In this document: positions 14,747 to 25,640 of the stretch, in pieces | Layout of the letters: every line of letters starts with the position of its first letter | Numbering within the stretch: position 1 is the stretch's first letter | Notes under the pieces: generated by a model | Told to the model about the DNA's origin: nothing | Seen by the model: the letters and a program-made list of their open reading frames with translations, nothing else | The model's database searches: none | From: a virus | Length of the DNA stretch: 64,000 bases | Virus record (IMG/VR): IMGVR_UViG_3300032246_001180 | Coordinates: 32,001 to 96,000 of that record | Reading direction: 5' to 3' (one strand) | Program-made: the position numbers and the translations under genes

Positions 14747-14992
14747 ATGATTTTAAAACCAACTGCATCAAATGTTCATATCACCAGAGTTGCCGCAGAG
14801 AAGCAAACTAAATCTGGTATTATTTTAAAAAACACGGAAGAACCTGACAAAGCAAAAGTTGAATCAATAGGTAAAGACGTAACCGACCTTGAAGTTGGTG
14901 ATGTTGTTTTGGTTAACTGGAATAAAGCAATCAAAGTTGATGTTGATTCATACATCATTCCGGAATCAGACATTATTATGGTATTCGAATAA
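14747..14992 (+). CDS. groES: co-chaperonin GroES (Cpn10)
   Basis: LKP...V.I.....EKQTKSGIIL, VGDVVL, ESDI. Confidence 0.85.
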   Translation: MILKPTASNVHITRVAAEKQTKSGIILKNTEEPDKAKVESIGKDVTDLEVGDVVLVNWNKAIKVDVDSYIIPESDIIMVFE

Positions 14993-14997
14993 TTTAT

Positions 14998-15071
14998 AGC
15001 GGATTAGTGAAACGGTATCACAGAGGACTCATAATCCTCAGTTCCTAGTTCGAATCTAGGGTCCGCAACCA
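14998..15071 (+). tRNA. tRNA-Met(CAT), probable initiator
   Basis: 1:72 mismatch; gagga-ctCATaa-tcctc. Confidence 0.85.
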
Positions 15072-15087
15072 ACAAGAAAGGTATATT

Positions 15088-15399
15088 ATGCAAGTGTTAG
15101 CATTGAAATTAGTTACAGGTGAAGACGTTCTTGGAGAACTAGAATCACAATCAGAAACAGAATATGTTATTTGTAATCCAGTAGGTATCTCTATTGTTCG
15201 TGGTAAAGACGGACAACCCAATGTTGGATTCTCACCCTTTCCATTACACTCAGAACAAAAGTCCGGCACAACACTTGCCTTGGCAAAGAAAAATGTAGTA
15301 TACTCTTATACTCCTGCGGAAGATTTTGTTTCAAACTACAATCAAATTTTTGGTTCTGGCATCGTTCTTCCGCCAACTAAATCATTGATTACAGGTTAA
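15088..15399 (+). CDS. conserved T4-like hypothetical protein (Sm-like)
   Basis: LKLVTGEDVLG...YNQIFGSGIV. Confidence 0.7.
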   Translation: MQVLALKLVTGEDVLGELESQSETEYVICNPVGISIVRGKDGQPNVGFSPFPLHSEQKSGTTLALAKKNVVYSYTPAEDFVSNYNQIFGSGIVLPPTKSLITG

Positions 15400-15401
15400 A
15401 C

Positions 15402-17936
15402 TTGAGTACATTTTACACAAACGTTCAAAGCTTCGGCAATAACATACTGTATCGAGGCATCAAAGACGGCAAGAGAGTAAAAGAGAGGGTCGAGTATTCG
15501 CCTTCTCTTTATATTCCTTCCAAACGTATTACTAATTTTACCACACTAGAAGGCGACTATCTCGACCAAAAGATTTTTGGTTCGATTCGTGAAGCTCGTG
15601 ATTACATCAAACAGTTCGACAAAGTTCAAAATGCTCCGAAGATTTATGGTCAAACTCGGTTTGAATATGCGTTTATTGCGGATGAGAATCGAGGTATGGT
15701 GGATTATGACCAAGATAAAATCTCGGTTGCGGTAGTTGATATTGAAGTTGGTTCAGAGAATGGATTTCCTGATCCATATGAAGCGAACGAACCTATCACA
15801 GCTATCTGTATCAAATACTTGAACGGTGAAACCTATGTCTTTGGTTGCGGCATTTATGAAACTCAAGGCAACGAAATTTATGTCAAGTGTAGAGATGAAT
15901 GGACACTCTGTAAGCGTTTTATGGAATTGTGGACTAAGAAATGTCCCGATGTACTTACTGGTTGGAACACTAAGTTCTTTGATGAACCTTATATCATAAA
16001 TCGTTTCCGTAAAATTCTTGGTGAAGATGAAACCAAGAAATTGTCGCCATGGAATTATATTGGTGAGCGTGAAACTTTCGTCAACAATCGCCGTATGATT
16101 GCTTACAATTTGATGGGTGTTGAATCACTCGACTACATCGAACTATACAAATGGTATGCGCCAGGTGGTAAATCACAAGAATCATATCGACTAGATGCCA
16201 TTGCTCAAGTCGAATTGGGTGAAGGCAAAATTTCATATGACGAATACGATAATCTACATTCACTCTATCGTTTGAACTTTCAAAAGTTTATTGAGTATAA
16301 CATCAAAGACGTTGAACTCATTATCAAACTAGAAGAAAAACTTAAACTCATTGAACTGGCAATTACTCTTGCGTATGATACCAAGACAAATTATCAAGAT
16401 GTATTTGCACAAACTCGTATGTGGGATTCAATGACATATGCCTATCTTTTTGAGAAAGGCATTATTGTTCCACCAAGAGTTACTAAAGAGAAAGATTCCG
16501 CATTTGAAGGTGCATATGTAAAGATTCCACAAGTTGGTTTACATAATTGGGTTGCATCGTTTGACTTGAATAGTTTGTATCCTCATTTGATGATGCAATA
16601 TAATATCTCACCTGAAACATTGATTGAACCACAAGACTATACGGATGAAATGCGTAATGTTCTTTCACAAGGTGTATCTGTTGAAAAACTCTTGAAAAGA
16701 CAAATTGACACTTCAAGTTTGAAGAATGTAACTGTAACTCCTAATGGACAATTCTTCCGTACAGACATTCAAGGCTTCTTACCTAAGATGATGGAAGAAA
16801 TGTATACTGACCGTAGCAAATTCAAGAAGATGATGTTGCGAGCAAAGCAGACGTATGAAGATGAAACAGACGAATCGAAAAAATATGAAATTGAAAAACG
16901 AATTGCCAAGTATAACAACATACAACTTGCAAAGAAGGTTTCTCTTAATTCTGCTTATGGTGCTCTTGGTAGCCAGTATTTCCGCTTTTATGATTTGCGA
17001 ATGGCTCTTGGCGTTACTTCTGCTGGCCAGTTGTCTATTCGGTGGATTGAAAATAAAATAAATGAATACATGAACAAACTTCTCGGTACTGAAAGTGATT
17101 ATGTAATTGCATCTGATACCGATTCAATCTATCTCCGTATGGGTGAATTGGTCAATAAATTCATCAAAGATACCTCAGACAAACAAAAGGTAATCTCACT
17201 CATGGATAAAATCTGTGAAGAAAAGATACAACCTTATATTGACAAATCGTATCAAGAACTGGCTGATTATGTTCACGCATATGACCAGAAGATGCAGATG
17301 AAGCGTGAAGGTCTATCTGACAAAGGTATTTGGACTGCCAAGAAACGATACATTCTAAATGTATATAATAATGAAGGCGTTCAATACAACGAACCACAGA
17401 TGAAGGTAATGGGTCTAGAGATGATTAAATCATCAACACCATCATCTATTCGTGAGAAGATGAAGAAGGCTATTGAATTAATGGTGAACGGAACACAAGA
17501 AGATATTCATACATTCATTGCCGATTTCAGGAAAGAATTCAAGACGTTACCCGCTGAAGAAATTTCTTTTCCTCGGGGTTTGAACGGGCTAAATACCTAT
17601 TCCGATGCGGCGACCTTATACAAAAAAGGTACACCAATTCATGTTAAAGGTGCGATATTATATAATCATTACCTTAAACAGAAAAACTTAACCAAGAAGT
17701 ACCCGCTCATACAAGAAGGTGAGAAGTTAAAATTCACCTATCTGAAAATGCCTAATCCATTTAAAGATACTGTCATTTCGTATCCACAACGATTACCAAA
17801 AGAATTTGAATTGCAAGAGTATATCGATTATGATATGCAGTTTGATAAGGCCTTTTTAGAACCAATCAAAGTAATTTTGGACTGTATGGGTTGGTCAACA
17901 GAAAAAACTAGTTCTATAGAGGATTTCTTCACATGA
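15402..17936 (+). CDS. 43: family B DNA polymerase (gp43)
   Basis: DIEV exo I, SFDLNSLYP, K..LNSAYG, SDTDS, KKRY; TTG start. Confidence 0.97.
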   Translation: MSTFYTNVQSFGNNILYRGIKDGKRVKERVEYSPSLYIPSKRITNFTTLEGDYLDQKIFGSIREARDYIKQFDKVQNAPKIYGQTRFEYAFIADENRGMVDYDQDKISVAVVDIEVGSENGFPDPYEANEPITAICIKYLNGETYVFGCGIYETQGNEIYVKCRDEWTLCKRFMELWTKKCPDVLTGWNTKFFDEPYIINRFRKILGEDETKKLSPWNYIGERETFVNNRRMIAYNLMGVESLDYIELYKWYAPGGKSQESYRLDAIAQVELGEGKISYDEYDNLHSLYRLNFQKFIEYNIKDVELIIKLEEKLKLIELAITLAYDTKTNYQDVFAQTRMWDSMTYAYLFEKGIIVPPRVTKEKDSAFEGAYVKIPQVGLHNWVASFDLNSLYPHLMMQYNISPETLIEPQDYTDEMRNVLSQGVSVEKLLKRQIDTSSLKNVTVTPNGQFFRTDIQGFLPKMMEEMYTDRSKFKKMMLRAKQTYEDETDESKKYEIEKRIAKYNNIQLAKKVSLNSAYGALGSQYFRFYDLRMALGVTSAGQLSIRWIENKINEYMNKLLGTESDYVIASDTDSIYLRMGELVNKFIKDTSDKQKVISLMDKICEEKIQPYIDKSYQELADYVHAYDQKMQMKREGLSDKGIWTAKKRYILNVYNNEGVQYNEPQMKVMGLEMIKSSTPSSIREKMKKAIELMVNGTQEDIHTFIADFRKEFKTLPAEEISFPRGLNGLNTYSDAATLYKKGTPIHVKGAILYNHYLKQKNLTKKYPLIQEGEKLKFTYLKMPNPFKDTVISYPQRLPKEFELQEYIDYDMQFDKAFLEPIKVILDCMGWSTEKTSSIEDFFT

Positions 17937-18901
17937 TATACTTAACGCTTTTATCAGCATTATTATTATCAGGTATCGCCGCATACTATTCAGTTATTGG
18001 CCTTGCCGCAATCTTTACAGGTGCGTTTTGGCCAATTGTCTTTATGGGTTCCGTCCTTGAAATGAGTAAGTTGGTAACTACGTCATGGTTATATCGTAAT
18101 TGGAAAACTTGTCCGTTTCTCCTAAAAACATATCTGACGACCGCAGTTGTTATTCTAATGTTAATTACCAGTATGGGTATCTTTGGTTTCTTATCGAAGT
18201 CCCATATTGATTCAACACTAGATGCTGGTGCCAATTCGGTTGAAATCAAAACACTATCTCAGCAAGAGAAGATTGCCAAAGAACGATTGGACTATCTACT
18301 TGCTCGTGCCAAAGATCCATCTACAGCAAGTAATAAATTAGACAAACAGATACAAGAAACACAAAAAGAACTGAAAGAAATTTCTAACAAAAAATTGCCA
18401 CTATTGCGTGAAGAAAATAAATTGATTGCCGAAGTTGGACCAATTAAATATGTTGGTGAAATGGTTTATGGTAGTGAAGACGATAATGCTATTGACAAAG
18501 CTGTTCGTTTGGTAATTATGTTAATCATGGTTGTATTTGACCCGTTAGCTGTGTTATTATTGATAGCAGCAAATATGTCTATGAATCGAAAACGCAAAGA
18601 AGAAGAAAATGGTGTCATTCAATTCTTTGAGAGGGCAAGAAGTCATGCACAAGAACTTGACCGTGATGCGGCCGAATTAAAAGTTGAAGAACCAAAAGTT
18701 GATGAGTCTATTAAAGTAGAGAAAGAAAATTTGGCTACAATGGATGAAAAATCTGAAAGCATTGTTATAGATGAAGCCTCAGGTGAAAGTATTCCACCAT
18801 TAGGTAAAACTAAACGTGGATTTCCCAATAGAAAATCAAAAGAACTTGGACCAAATTATGATTATAATGCTGAGTATGCTTTTAAAGAAAAAGAAAAATG
18901 A
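17933..18901 (+). CDS. membrane protein with coiled coil
   Basis: 4 hydrophobic segments, VFDPLA motif. Confidence 0.7.
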   Translation: MIYLTLLSALLLSGIAAYYSVIGLAAIFTGAFWPIVFMGSVLEMSKLVTTSWLYRNWKTCPFLLKTYLTTAVVILMLITSMGIFGFLSKSHIDSTLDAGANSVEIKTLSQQEKIAKERLDYLLARAKDPSTASNKLDKQIQETQKELKEISNKKLPLLREENKLIAEVGPIKYVGEMVYGSEDDNAIDKAVRLVIMLIMVVFDPLAVLLLIAANMSMNRKRKEEENGVIQFFERARSHAQELDRDAAELKVEEPKVDESIKVEKENLATMDEKSESIVIDEASGESIPPLGKTKRGFPNRKSKELGPNYDYNAEYAFKEKEK

Positions 18902-19500
18902 CATTTCAAAAACACGGATTTGAAGTCGTTCCTAATGCGGTTGGTTCGGAAACTTGTGATTTGTTATCAAGAAATATAAGACAGATTGCAAATAATTACA
19001 GGTTTATAACCAAATCTGGTTTGTATCAAAGCGATGATTTGGTTGAAAAGTGTTACAGTAAATATGGCGTAGAATCTTTAGAGGTATTATCAGAAATGTT
19101 AATACCAAAAATTGAAAAGGTTGTCAATAAAGTATTGGTACCAAGTTATACATATTGTAGAATATATTATAATGAAGCAGAAATGCCAGAACATTTGGAT
19201 AGACCTAGTTGTGAGTATTCAGTAACACTTACACTATCGGTAACCGATGAACCTTGGGAAATTTGGTTTAAAGATTTAACAGGAAACACACAAGCACTAA
19301 GTCTTGATGTAGGTTCTATGTGTGTATACGAAGGTGCCAAAATTCCACATTGGCGTACTAAGTATAAAGGCAAAGAACAAATTCAAGCCTTTCTACACTA
19401 TGTTGATGTAAATGGTTCATTTGCAGATTTTAAGTATGATGGTCGTCCTATGATGGGATTACATCCTAGTATGAGGCGTAAAAATTTTAACATAAGGTGA
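18898..19500 (+). CDS. 2OG-Fe(II) oxygenase
   Basis: HLDRPSCEYS, HWR, FLHY. Confidence 0.8.
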   Translation: MTFQKHGFEVVPNAVGSETCDLLSRNIRQIANNYRFITKSGLYQSDDLVEKCYSKYGVESLEVLSEMLIPKIEKVVNKVLVPSYTYCRIYYNEAEMPEHLDRPSCEYSVTLTLSVTDEPWEIWFKDLTGNTQALSLDVGSMCVYEGAKIPHWRTKYKGKEQIQAFLHYVDVNGSFADFKYDGRPMMGLHPSMRRKNFNIR

Positions 19501-19504
19501 TTAT

Positions 19505-20578
19505 ATGAGTATTCTAGACAAAATTAAAAAGAACAGCAGTATCAAAGAGTCTGCAATTCTATCAAAATCAAAATTCTTCACACAGAAGGATATGATACCC
19601 ACAGCGATTCCAATCATCAACGTGGCTTTATCAGGAAAACTAGACGGTGGTTTGACACCAGGTCTTACAATGTGGGCAGGTCCTTCTAAACACTTTAAGA
19701 CGGCCTTTAGTTTATTGATGGCCAAATCTTACTTGGACAAATATCCAGATGCAGCACTATTATTCTATGATTCGGAGTTTGGTACTCCGCAGTCTTATTT
19801 TGATTCTTTTAATATCGACACAAACAGGGTGCTCCATACTCCTCTTACAGATATTGAACAACTCAAGTTCGACATAATGCAACAGTTGACTAGTTTAGAA
19901 CGTGATGATAAATTGATTATTGTTATTGATTCTATTGGTAACTTGGCCTCAAAGAAAGAAGTTGATGATGCACTTGAAGGCAAATCTGTTGCAGATATGT
20001 CCCGAGCTAAACAAATTAAATCGTTGTTTCGTATGGTAACTCCACACTTAACAATGAAAGATATTCCAATGATTGTTGTTAATCATACATACAAAGAAAT
20101 TGGTATGTTCCCAAAAGATATTGTTGGTGGTGGTACAGGTTCATATTACTCCGCAGACAACATCTTTATTCTTGGTCGTCAACAAGAAAAAGAAGGCACA
20201 GAAGTTGTTGGTTATAATTTTATTATTAATGTAGAAAAATCCCGTTATGTTAAAGAAAAATCTAAAATTCCTGTTACTGTATCTTTTGATGGCGGCATCA
20301 GCAAGTGGTCTGGCCTTTTGGATATTGCAATTGAATCCGGACACGTTATCAAGCCTAGCAATGGTTGGTATTCAAAAGTAGATAAAGATTCAGGTGAAGT
20401 TGAAGACAAGAAGTATCGCATCAAAGATACGGACACTAAAGAATTCTGGATGCCAATTCTCAAACAAGAAACTTTCCGTGATTTTGTAGAAGACAAATAT
20501 AGTATCTCTACAGGCAACATTATGAAACCTGAAGATGTGGCAGAAGCTTTTGATATTGAAACAATGAATGGTGCATAA
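19505..20578 (+). CDS. uvsX: UvsX RecA-like recombinase
   Basis: AGPSKHFKT, YDSEFG, DSIGNLAS, GGGTG. Confidence 0.95.
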   Translation: MSILDKIKKNSSIKESAILSKSKFFTQKDMIPTAIPIINVALSGKLDGGLTPGLTMWAGPSKHFKTAFSLLMAKSYLDKYPDAALLFYDSEFGTPQSYFDSFNIDTNRVLHTPLTDIEQLKFDIMQQLTSLERDDKLIIVIDSIGNLASKKEVDDALEGKSVADMSRAKQIKSLFRMVTPHLTMKDIPMIVVNHTYKEIGMFPKDIVGGGTGSYYSADNIFILGRQQEKEGTEVVGYNFIINVEKSRYVKEKSKIPVTVSFDGGISKWSGLLDIAIESGHVIKPSNGWYSKVDKDSGEVEDKKYRIKDTDTKEFWMPILKQETFRDFVEDKYSISTGNIMKPEDVAEAFDIETMNGA

Positions 20579-20580
20579 AA

Positions 20581-21219
20581 ATGGAAATTGTCTATTCAGA
20601 TAATTTGCCTCATGTTTTAATTATTAAAAATTTTTATTCCGAAGAAGAGGTGAATACTATATGGAAAGAATTAGAAACTGTGCATCTGATGGACAAAACA
20701 CAATCTAAGAAAATTGGTGGAGCAGAATCAGAACACGGACCACTTAAAAAAGCTATAGGTAAATGGATATATTATGAAGAAACTCCTGATAACGAATTAC
20801 TAAAAATATCTCACAAGGTTAAAAATCATGCGGATATTTTTACAGAATATAGTGATTACTATAAAGATTTGAAATTGGACTTGTGTGTGTCTAATGTTTT
20901 AATTTCATATTATTCTAATGGTGGTTTTTATAAACCACATACAGACTTTAGTTACATAACAGCTTGCTCTTATTTTTTCAAAGAACCAAAAAAGTTTTCT
21001 GGTGGAAATTTTCTAATAAAACAAAGAGAAAAAACATATGTTTCGGATCCATCTAAATTTGATGCAGACATAGAAATTGAAAATAATATGATTGTTATTT
21101 TTCCAGGACATTATTTACATCAAGCGAAAAAAGTTGAAATGAATAGTAAAGACTTTGGTTATGGTAGATATTGTATATCACAATTTTATAACGTTTTTAA
21201 AAGAAAAGAAAATGATTGA
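20581..21219 (+). CDS. 2OG-Fe(II) oxygenase
   Basis: YKPHTD, FSGGNF, FPG..LH, GRY. Confidence 0.8.
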   Translation: MEIVYSDNLPHVLIIKNFYSEEEVNTIWKELETVHLMDKTQSKKIGGAESEHGPLKKAIGKWIYYEETPDNELLKISHKVKNHADIFTEYSDYYKDLKLDLCVSNVLISYYSNGGFYKPHTDFSYITACSYFFKEPKKFSGGNFLIKQREKTYVSDPSKFDADIEIENNMIVIFPGHYLHQAKKVEMNSKDFGYGRYCISQFYNVFKRKEND

Positions 21220-21610
21220 TTGTTTAATTATGGGCGACAGCATTGCTGTAGGCACACATATGTTTAGTAAGCAATGTGCTGTAATTGCTAAAGGCGGTAT
21301 CAATAGCTATCAATGGGTTAATAAAAATCTTGACAAGGCGCCTTATCAAGCAAAAACTGTTATCATCAGTTTAGGAAGTAATGACCATCAATATGTTAAA
21401 ACCGAAAATGAATTGCACACCATTCGTCAGTTAACCAAAGCAGATAGAGTTTATTGGATTCTACCAGCTATCAAACCTGATATACAAGAAACGATTAAAA
21501 AAGTTGCCGCATATTATGGAGATATAGTATTGCCCATCACCAAATTACAACCCGATGGCATACATCCATCATGGGCGGGTTATAAAGAAATAGTGGAGAA
21601 GACAAAATGA
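21212..21610 (+). CDS. SGNH/GDSL hydrolase-like protein
   Basis: GDSIA, LGSND, DGIHP. Confidence 0.8.
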   Translation: MIDCLIMGDSIAVGTHMFSKQCAVIAKGGINSYQWVNKNLDKAPYQAKTVIISLGSNDHQYVKTENELHTIRQLTKADRVYWILPAIKPDIQETIKKVAAYYGDIVLPITKLQPDGIHPSWAGYKEIVEKTK

Positions 21611-21927
21611 TTGAAGGTATAGATTTCTGTTTCATTTATCCTAAAGATGATAAGACTACAGTACATATCAAACTATTAGATGGACCTTATAAAGATACCA
21701 CATTCAAATATGGTAAGGTAAAGTTTGAAGAAAAAAATGAACAAATGTATTTACTTTTTGGTTACGATGTGTTAGAATCTACTGTGAGCAAGCCAAAGAA
21801 GCTAGAAAAAGATAGCGACTTTAAAAACCATATTGGTGACCTATTGGTAGAAATTATGTCATCTAACATTGAACAGGAAATTATTGATGAAGTTGGAACT
21901 GACAATATTAAAGAATCTAGTCTATAA
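21607..21927 (+). CDS. probable gp40-like protein
   Basis: position between uvsX and gp41; YGKVKF motif. Confidence 0.5.
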   Translation: MIEGIDFCFIYPKDDKTTVHIKLLDGPYKDTTFKYGKVKFEEKNEQMYLLFGYDVLESTVSKPKKLEKDSDFKNHIGDLLVEIMSSNIEQEIIDEVGTDNIKESSL

Positions 21928-23275
21928 TGAAGACTATCTCAGAAAAGTATTACCGTTTTTAAAGACCGAATATTTTTCATCCAACGTTGAAAGGGTGTTG
22001 TTTAGTGAAATTACATCATTCACAGAATCTTATAATAATACACCAACGATTGAAGCACTTGCATTGGCCGTCAAAGAGAGGCGTAATCTTACGGATGATG
22101 AAGTGGAGAAGTGCCAAGAATATCTTAAAGACATTGCAGCTTCTAAAGAAGAGCAATCCGAAGTTCAATGGCTTACTGATAAGACCGAAAAGTTTTGTCA
22201 AGAGAAAGCCATATACAATGCAGTATTGGGGTCTATTTCTATTCTCGATGGAAAAGACAAAACGAATGACAAAGGTGCGATTCCCAAGATACTATCGGAC
22301 GCCTTGGCGGTAAGTTTCGATAACTCTGTTGGCCATGATTATTTGGAGAACTCTGATGAACGATATGAATTCTATCACAGAAAAGAAGAACGAATCCCAT
22401 TCGACTTGGACCTCTTTAACAAGATTACAAAAGGTGGCCTACCTGCCAAAACTCTTAATATTGCTCTTGCTGGCACCGGTGTTGGCAAGTCTTTGTTTAT
22501 GTGCCATGTTGCCGCTTCGTGTATGTCTTTGGGTAAAAATGTATTGTACATCACCCTTGAGATGGCTGAAGAAAAAATTGCTGAACGTATTGATGCTAAC
22601 TTGCTCAATGTTTCTTTGGATGATTTGATTGAATTACCAAAAGATATGTATGATAGGAAAGTACAGAAGGTCCGTGAAAAGACTACAGGCAAACTTATCA
22701 TTAAAGAGTATCCAACCGCAGCTGCTTCCACAACACATTTCAGAACATTATTAAATGAACTTAATCTCAAACGCAATTTTGTACCTGATATTATCTTTAT
22801 TGATTATCTTAACATCTGTTGTAGTTCTCGTATTAAGGCTGGTGCAAATATTAATTCATACACCTACGTTAAGTCGATTGCAGAAGAGCTTAGAGGCTTG
22901 GCTGTTGAGCATAATGTTCCTATTGTATCTGCGACACAAACTACCAGATCCGGATTTACATCAAGTGATCCAGGACTTGAAGATACGTCTGAGTCGTTCG
23001 GACTTCCCGCCACCGCAGACTTGATGTTTGCTTTGATTTCTTCTGAAGAACTGGAAGAACTTGGACAGATTATGGTCAAACAGTTGAAGAACAGATATAA
23101 TGATCCAACATATTTCAAAAGATTCACCGTTGGTATTGACAGGTCAAAAATGAAACTGTATGATATTGAACAATCTGCTCAAACAGGTCTTGCAGATGCT
23201 GGCCACGATAAACCATTAAATACTTTTGGTGAACGTGAAAGACAACCTAAGAAGTTTAGTGGATTTAAAGTATGA
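21887..23275 (+). CDS. 41: replicative helicase (gp41)
   Basis: AGTGVGKS, LEMAEE, IDYLNI, ATQTTR, SESFGLP, LKNRY. Confidence 0.95.
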   Translation: MKLELTILKNLVYNEDYLRKVLPFLKTEYFSSNVERVLFSEITSFTESYNNTPTIEALALAVKERRNLTDDEVEKCQEYLKDIAASKEEQSEVQWLTDKTEKFCQEKAIYNAVLGSISILDGKDKTNDKGAIPKILSDALAVSFDNSVGHDYLENSDERYEFYHRKEERIPFDLDLFNKITKGGLPAKTLNIALAGTGVGKSLFMCHVAASCMSLGKNVLYITLEMAEEKIAERIDANLLNVSLDDLIELPKDMYDRKVQKVREKTTGKLIIKEYPTAAASTTHFRTLLNELNLKRNFVPDIIFIDYLNICCSSRIKAGANINSYTYVKSIAEELRGLAVEHNVPIVSATQTTRSGFTSSDPGLEDTSESFGLPATADLMFALISSEELEELGQIMVKQLKNRYNDPTYFKRFTVGIDRSKMKLYDIEQSAQTGLADAGHDKPLNTFGERERQPKKFSGFKV

Positions 23276-24375
23276 ACCTAACACATGAAGATGCTTTAGT
23301 TTGTGCCAAGGCGTTTGAAGATTATTTTGGCAATTTTGAACGCATCGATGAATATATGCGTGACCAAAAGTTAAATTCATTATCAGAAATTCCAACTTCT
23401 TTATTTCCACCAGAGGACGATTTGTTCTCTGATTTTTCTATGCATCCAAATGATATGGATTTAGAAGTGGTTGAAATACCAACCGAAACATGGGAAACAT
23501 TACTTGCCATTACCAGTTCACATATTAACATTGCGCCTGTAGGTCGTAATCTTAAAGTGGCAGTTAGGGAAAAGAACACAGGAAAGTTTGTAGGATTCAT
23601 TCGGTTAGGTTCACCTGTCATCAACTGCAAACCTCGTAATGAGATGCTTGGACAAGTGTTTACGCAAGATCCAGACCGTGCTAGACGATTCAATGATTCA
23701 TCTATGATGGGATTTGTTATTGTACCATCTCAGCCGTTTGGTTTTAATTATCTTGGTGGTAAACTTCTAGCTGCCATTTGTTGTTCACATACTATTCGTG
23801 AAATGGTAAACAAGAAATACAACATGAATATGTGCCTATTTGAAACTACCAGTTTGTATGGTTCTTCTAAACAATCATCACAGTATGACGGAATGAAACC
23901 ATATATTCGTTATAAAGGTTTAACTGATTCAGATTTTCTACCAATGATGCATGGAAAACCTTATGAGAATTTGCGTGATTTTGTTGAAAGTAAAGTTGGT
24001 AAGATTGTAGATGATGATATCTCCAGTAGAAAATTAAAAATCTCAATGAAGATTATTTCTCTAACTAAGGCCGCACTTAAAGGAAAGCCAGAGTTTACCA
24101 AGTTTATGGAAACAATCACCAACGCAAAGAAATTGACTGAACAGAAAAGATATTATACTTCAAATTATGGTTTTAAAAACTCGGTAGATTATATTAACTG
24201 TGCAACCGATACTCTGATTAGAGATGAATCGTATGACAAATATAACTTAGAGAATGTTATTGCTTGGTGGAAAAATAAGGCAACTAATCGTTATGAAACT
24301 TTAAAATCTGAGGGTCGTTTGAGGAGTGAATTGGAAATTTGGACAAATGATACTAACATAGATATCATCAGATAA
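23272..24375 (+). CDS. conserved hypothetical protein (possibly DUF4338-like)
   Basis: GFIRLGSP, PFGFNYLGGKLLA, ETTSLYG. Confidence 0.6.
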   Translation: MNLTHEDALVCAKAFEDYFGNFERIDEYMRDQKLNSLSEIPTSLFPPEDDLFSDFSMHPNDMDLEVVEIPTETWETLLAITSSHINIAPVGRNLKVAVREKNTGKFVGFIRLGSPVINCKPRNEMLGQVFTQDPDRARRFNDSSMMGFVIVPSQPFGFNYLGGKLLAAICCSHTIREMVNKKYNMNMCLFETTSLYGSSKQSSQYDGMKPYIRYKGLTDSDFLPMMHGKPYENLRDFVESKVGKIVDDDISSRKLKISMKIISLTKAALKGKPEFTKFMETITNAKKLTEQKRYYTSNYGFKNSVDYINCATDTLIRDESYDKYNLENVIAWWKNKATNRYETLKSEGRLRSELEIWTNDTNIDIIR

Positions 24376-24383
24376 ATAGAATC

Positions 24384-25640
24384 ATGGCAACCAAAATACA
24401 TCCTGTAATTAAGATACTCAATAAATTTCCTTACGAACTAAAGAAAAAAAGTCGTAATAAGGAAGTATATGTTGTGCGTGCCAGTAACAGAATGGCCACA
24501 CAAAAAGAAATTGAAGATTTATTGACTAAAGTTAAAATCTACAATTTTAGAAAAAAAGAACCTTCATTATCTGGTAGCACAGAAGTTACAGTAATTGATG
24601 ACCCGCAAACAAAAGGTAACCAGATATTTTTGGTATTCAAGCCTGCCGCTGGTGGTATGCAAGAAACAACCTTAAATTCTACTATTACAGAACTTGCACC
24701 TGCTGTTGGATTTACACAGAAAATATCACCTAAAGATTGGAAAGATTTTTACGACAAAGTTAAGGCTACCGATCCTAAAAAATTAACAGTCTATGTAAAT
24801 GATAAAGACAGAAAGTCTGGTACTGAATTCATTAATAATTTCCCAAAATCTTCTAAATTTCAAACTAAGATGGAAAATGCCATTGGTGTTTTGAATTGGT
24901 TAAAAGATGAAAACAAAAAGAAACCAATTGCAAATGTAATTTGGGGATATCGTGCTAAACCTGATGGTGTAGATTCTAAACACAAAGGTGATTTGTTTGT
25001 AGAGTATAAAGATGGCAAGATGTTGGGTGTATCTCTAAAAGCTGGTGATGAAAACTCTAGTGAACCTAAACTAAACACCTATGTCAATCCTATTCTAGAG
25101 AAATTGGATAAGAATGACGTAGAGAAGTTGAGATATAAATTATATGATGAGGTATATAAAAAATTTAGTACGTCTAAAGATGGTTACGATAAAATAGCTA
25201 AAAGACAAACAATAAGCAAATTAGCTGAATTGGAAAAAATTGATCCAAAAGGTTACAATGATTTATATGATAAAGGTTTGACTATTATTAGAGATACATT
25301 AATTGATGCTTTTCCTAGAGATGTTAAAAAGACAGTAAAATATTTAAGAGAAGCAATCACAGGCGAAGCAGGTGATGTTCCTCTACTTGTTTTAAAAGCA
25401 TTCAATACAAGTGTTAAAGTGTTAACAGATGAAGATGATGTTGGTGTATTCTTAGCTAAAACAAAATCAATTAAATGTTACGCTTCAACAACATCGAAAC
25501 AAGATTTCTTTATTGAATTGGTTGCAACATCCTCAGACAAATTAGTTATGAAATTTTCAGTAAGAACAAACAAAACAGGTGATGACCACAAGTTGGGTCA
25601 ATTTTATAATTTAGCAGTCAAGTTCAACGGAGTTAAATGA
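24384..25640 (+). CDS. hypothetical protein, possible PD-(D/E)XK nuclease
   Basis: KGDLFV...GVSLK; GATAAATA late-like promoter upstream. Confidence 0.55.
   Translation: MATKIHPVIKILNKFPYELKKKSRNKEVYVVRASNRMATQKEIEDLLTKVKIYNFRKKEPSLSGSTEVTVIDDPQTKGNQIFLVFKPAAGGMQETTLNSTITELAPAVGFTQKISPKDWKDFYDKVKATDPKKLTVYVNDKDRKSGTEFINNFPKSSKFQTKMENAIGVLNWLKDENKKKPIANVIWGYRAKPDGVDSKHKGDLFVEYKDGKMLGVSLKAGDENSSEPKLNTYVNPILEKLDKNDVEKLRYKLYDEVYKKFSTSKDGYDKIAKRQTISKLAELEKIDPKGYNDLYDKGLTIIRDTLIDAFPRDVKKTVKYLREAITGEAGDVPLLVLKAFNTSVKVLTDEDDVGVFLAKTKSIKCYASTTSKQDFFIELVATSSDKLVMKFSVRTNKTGDDHKLGQFYNLAVKFNGVK

Noticed and set aside
10199-15269. ORF-track entries across the tRNA region (e.g. 10199-, 10942+, 11532-, 14454-)
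   Set aside because: Shadows of tRNA/ncRNA genes with no RBS or protein motifs
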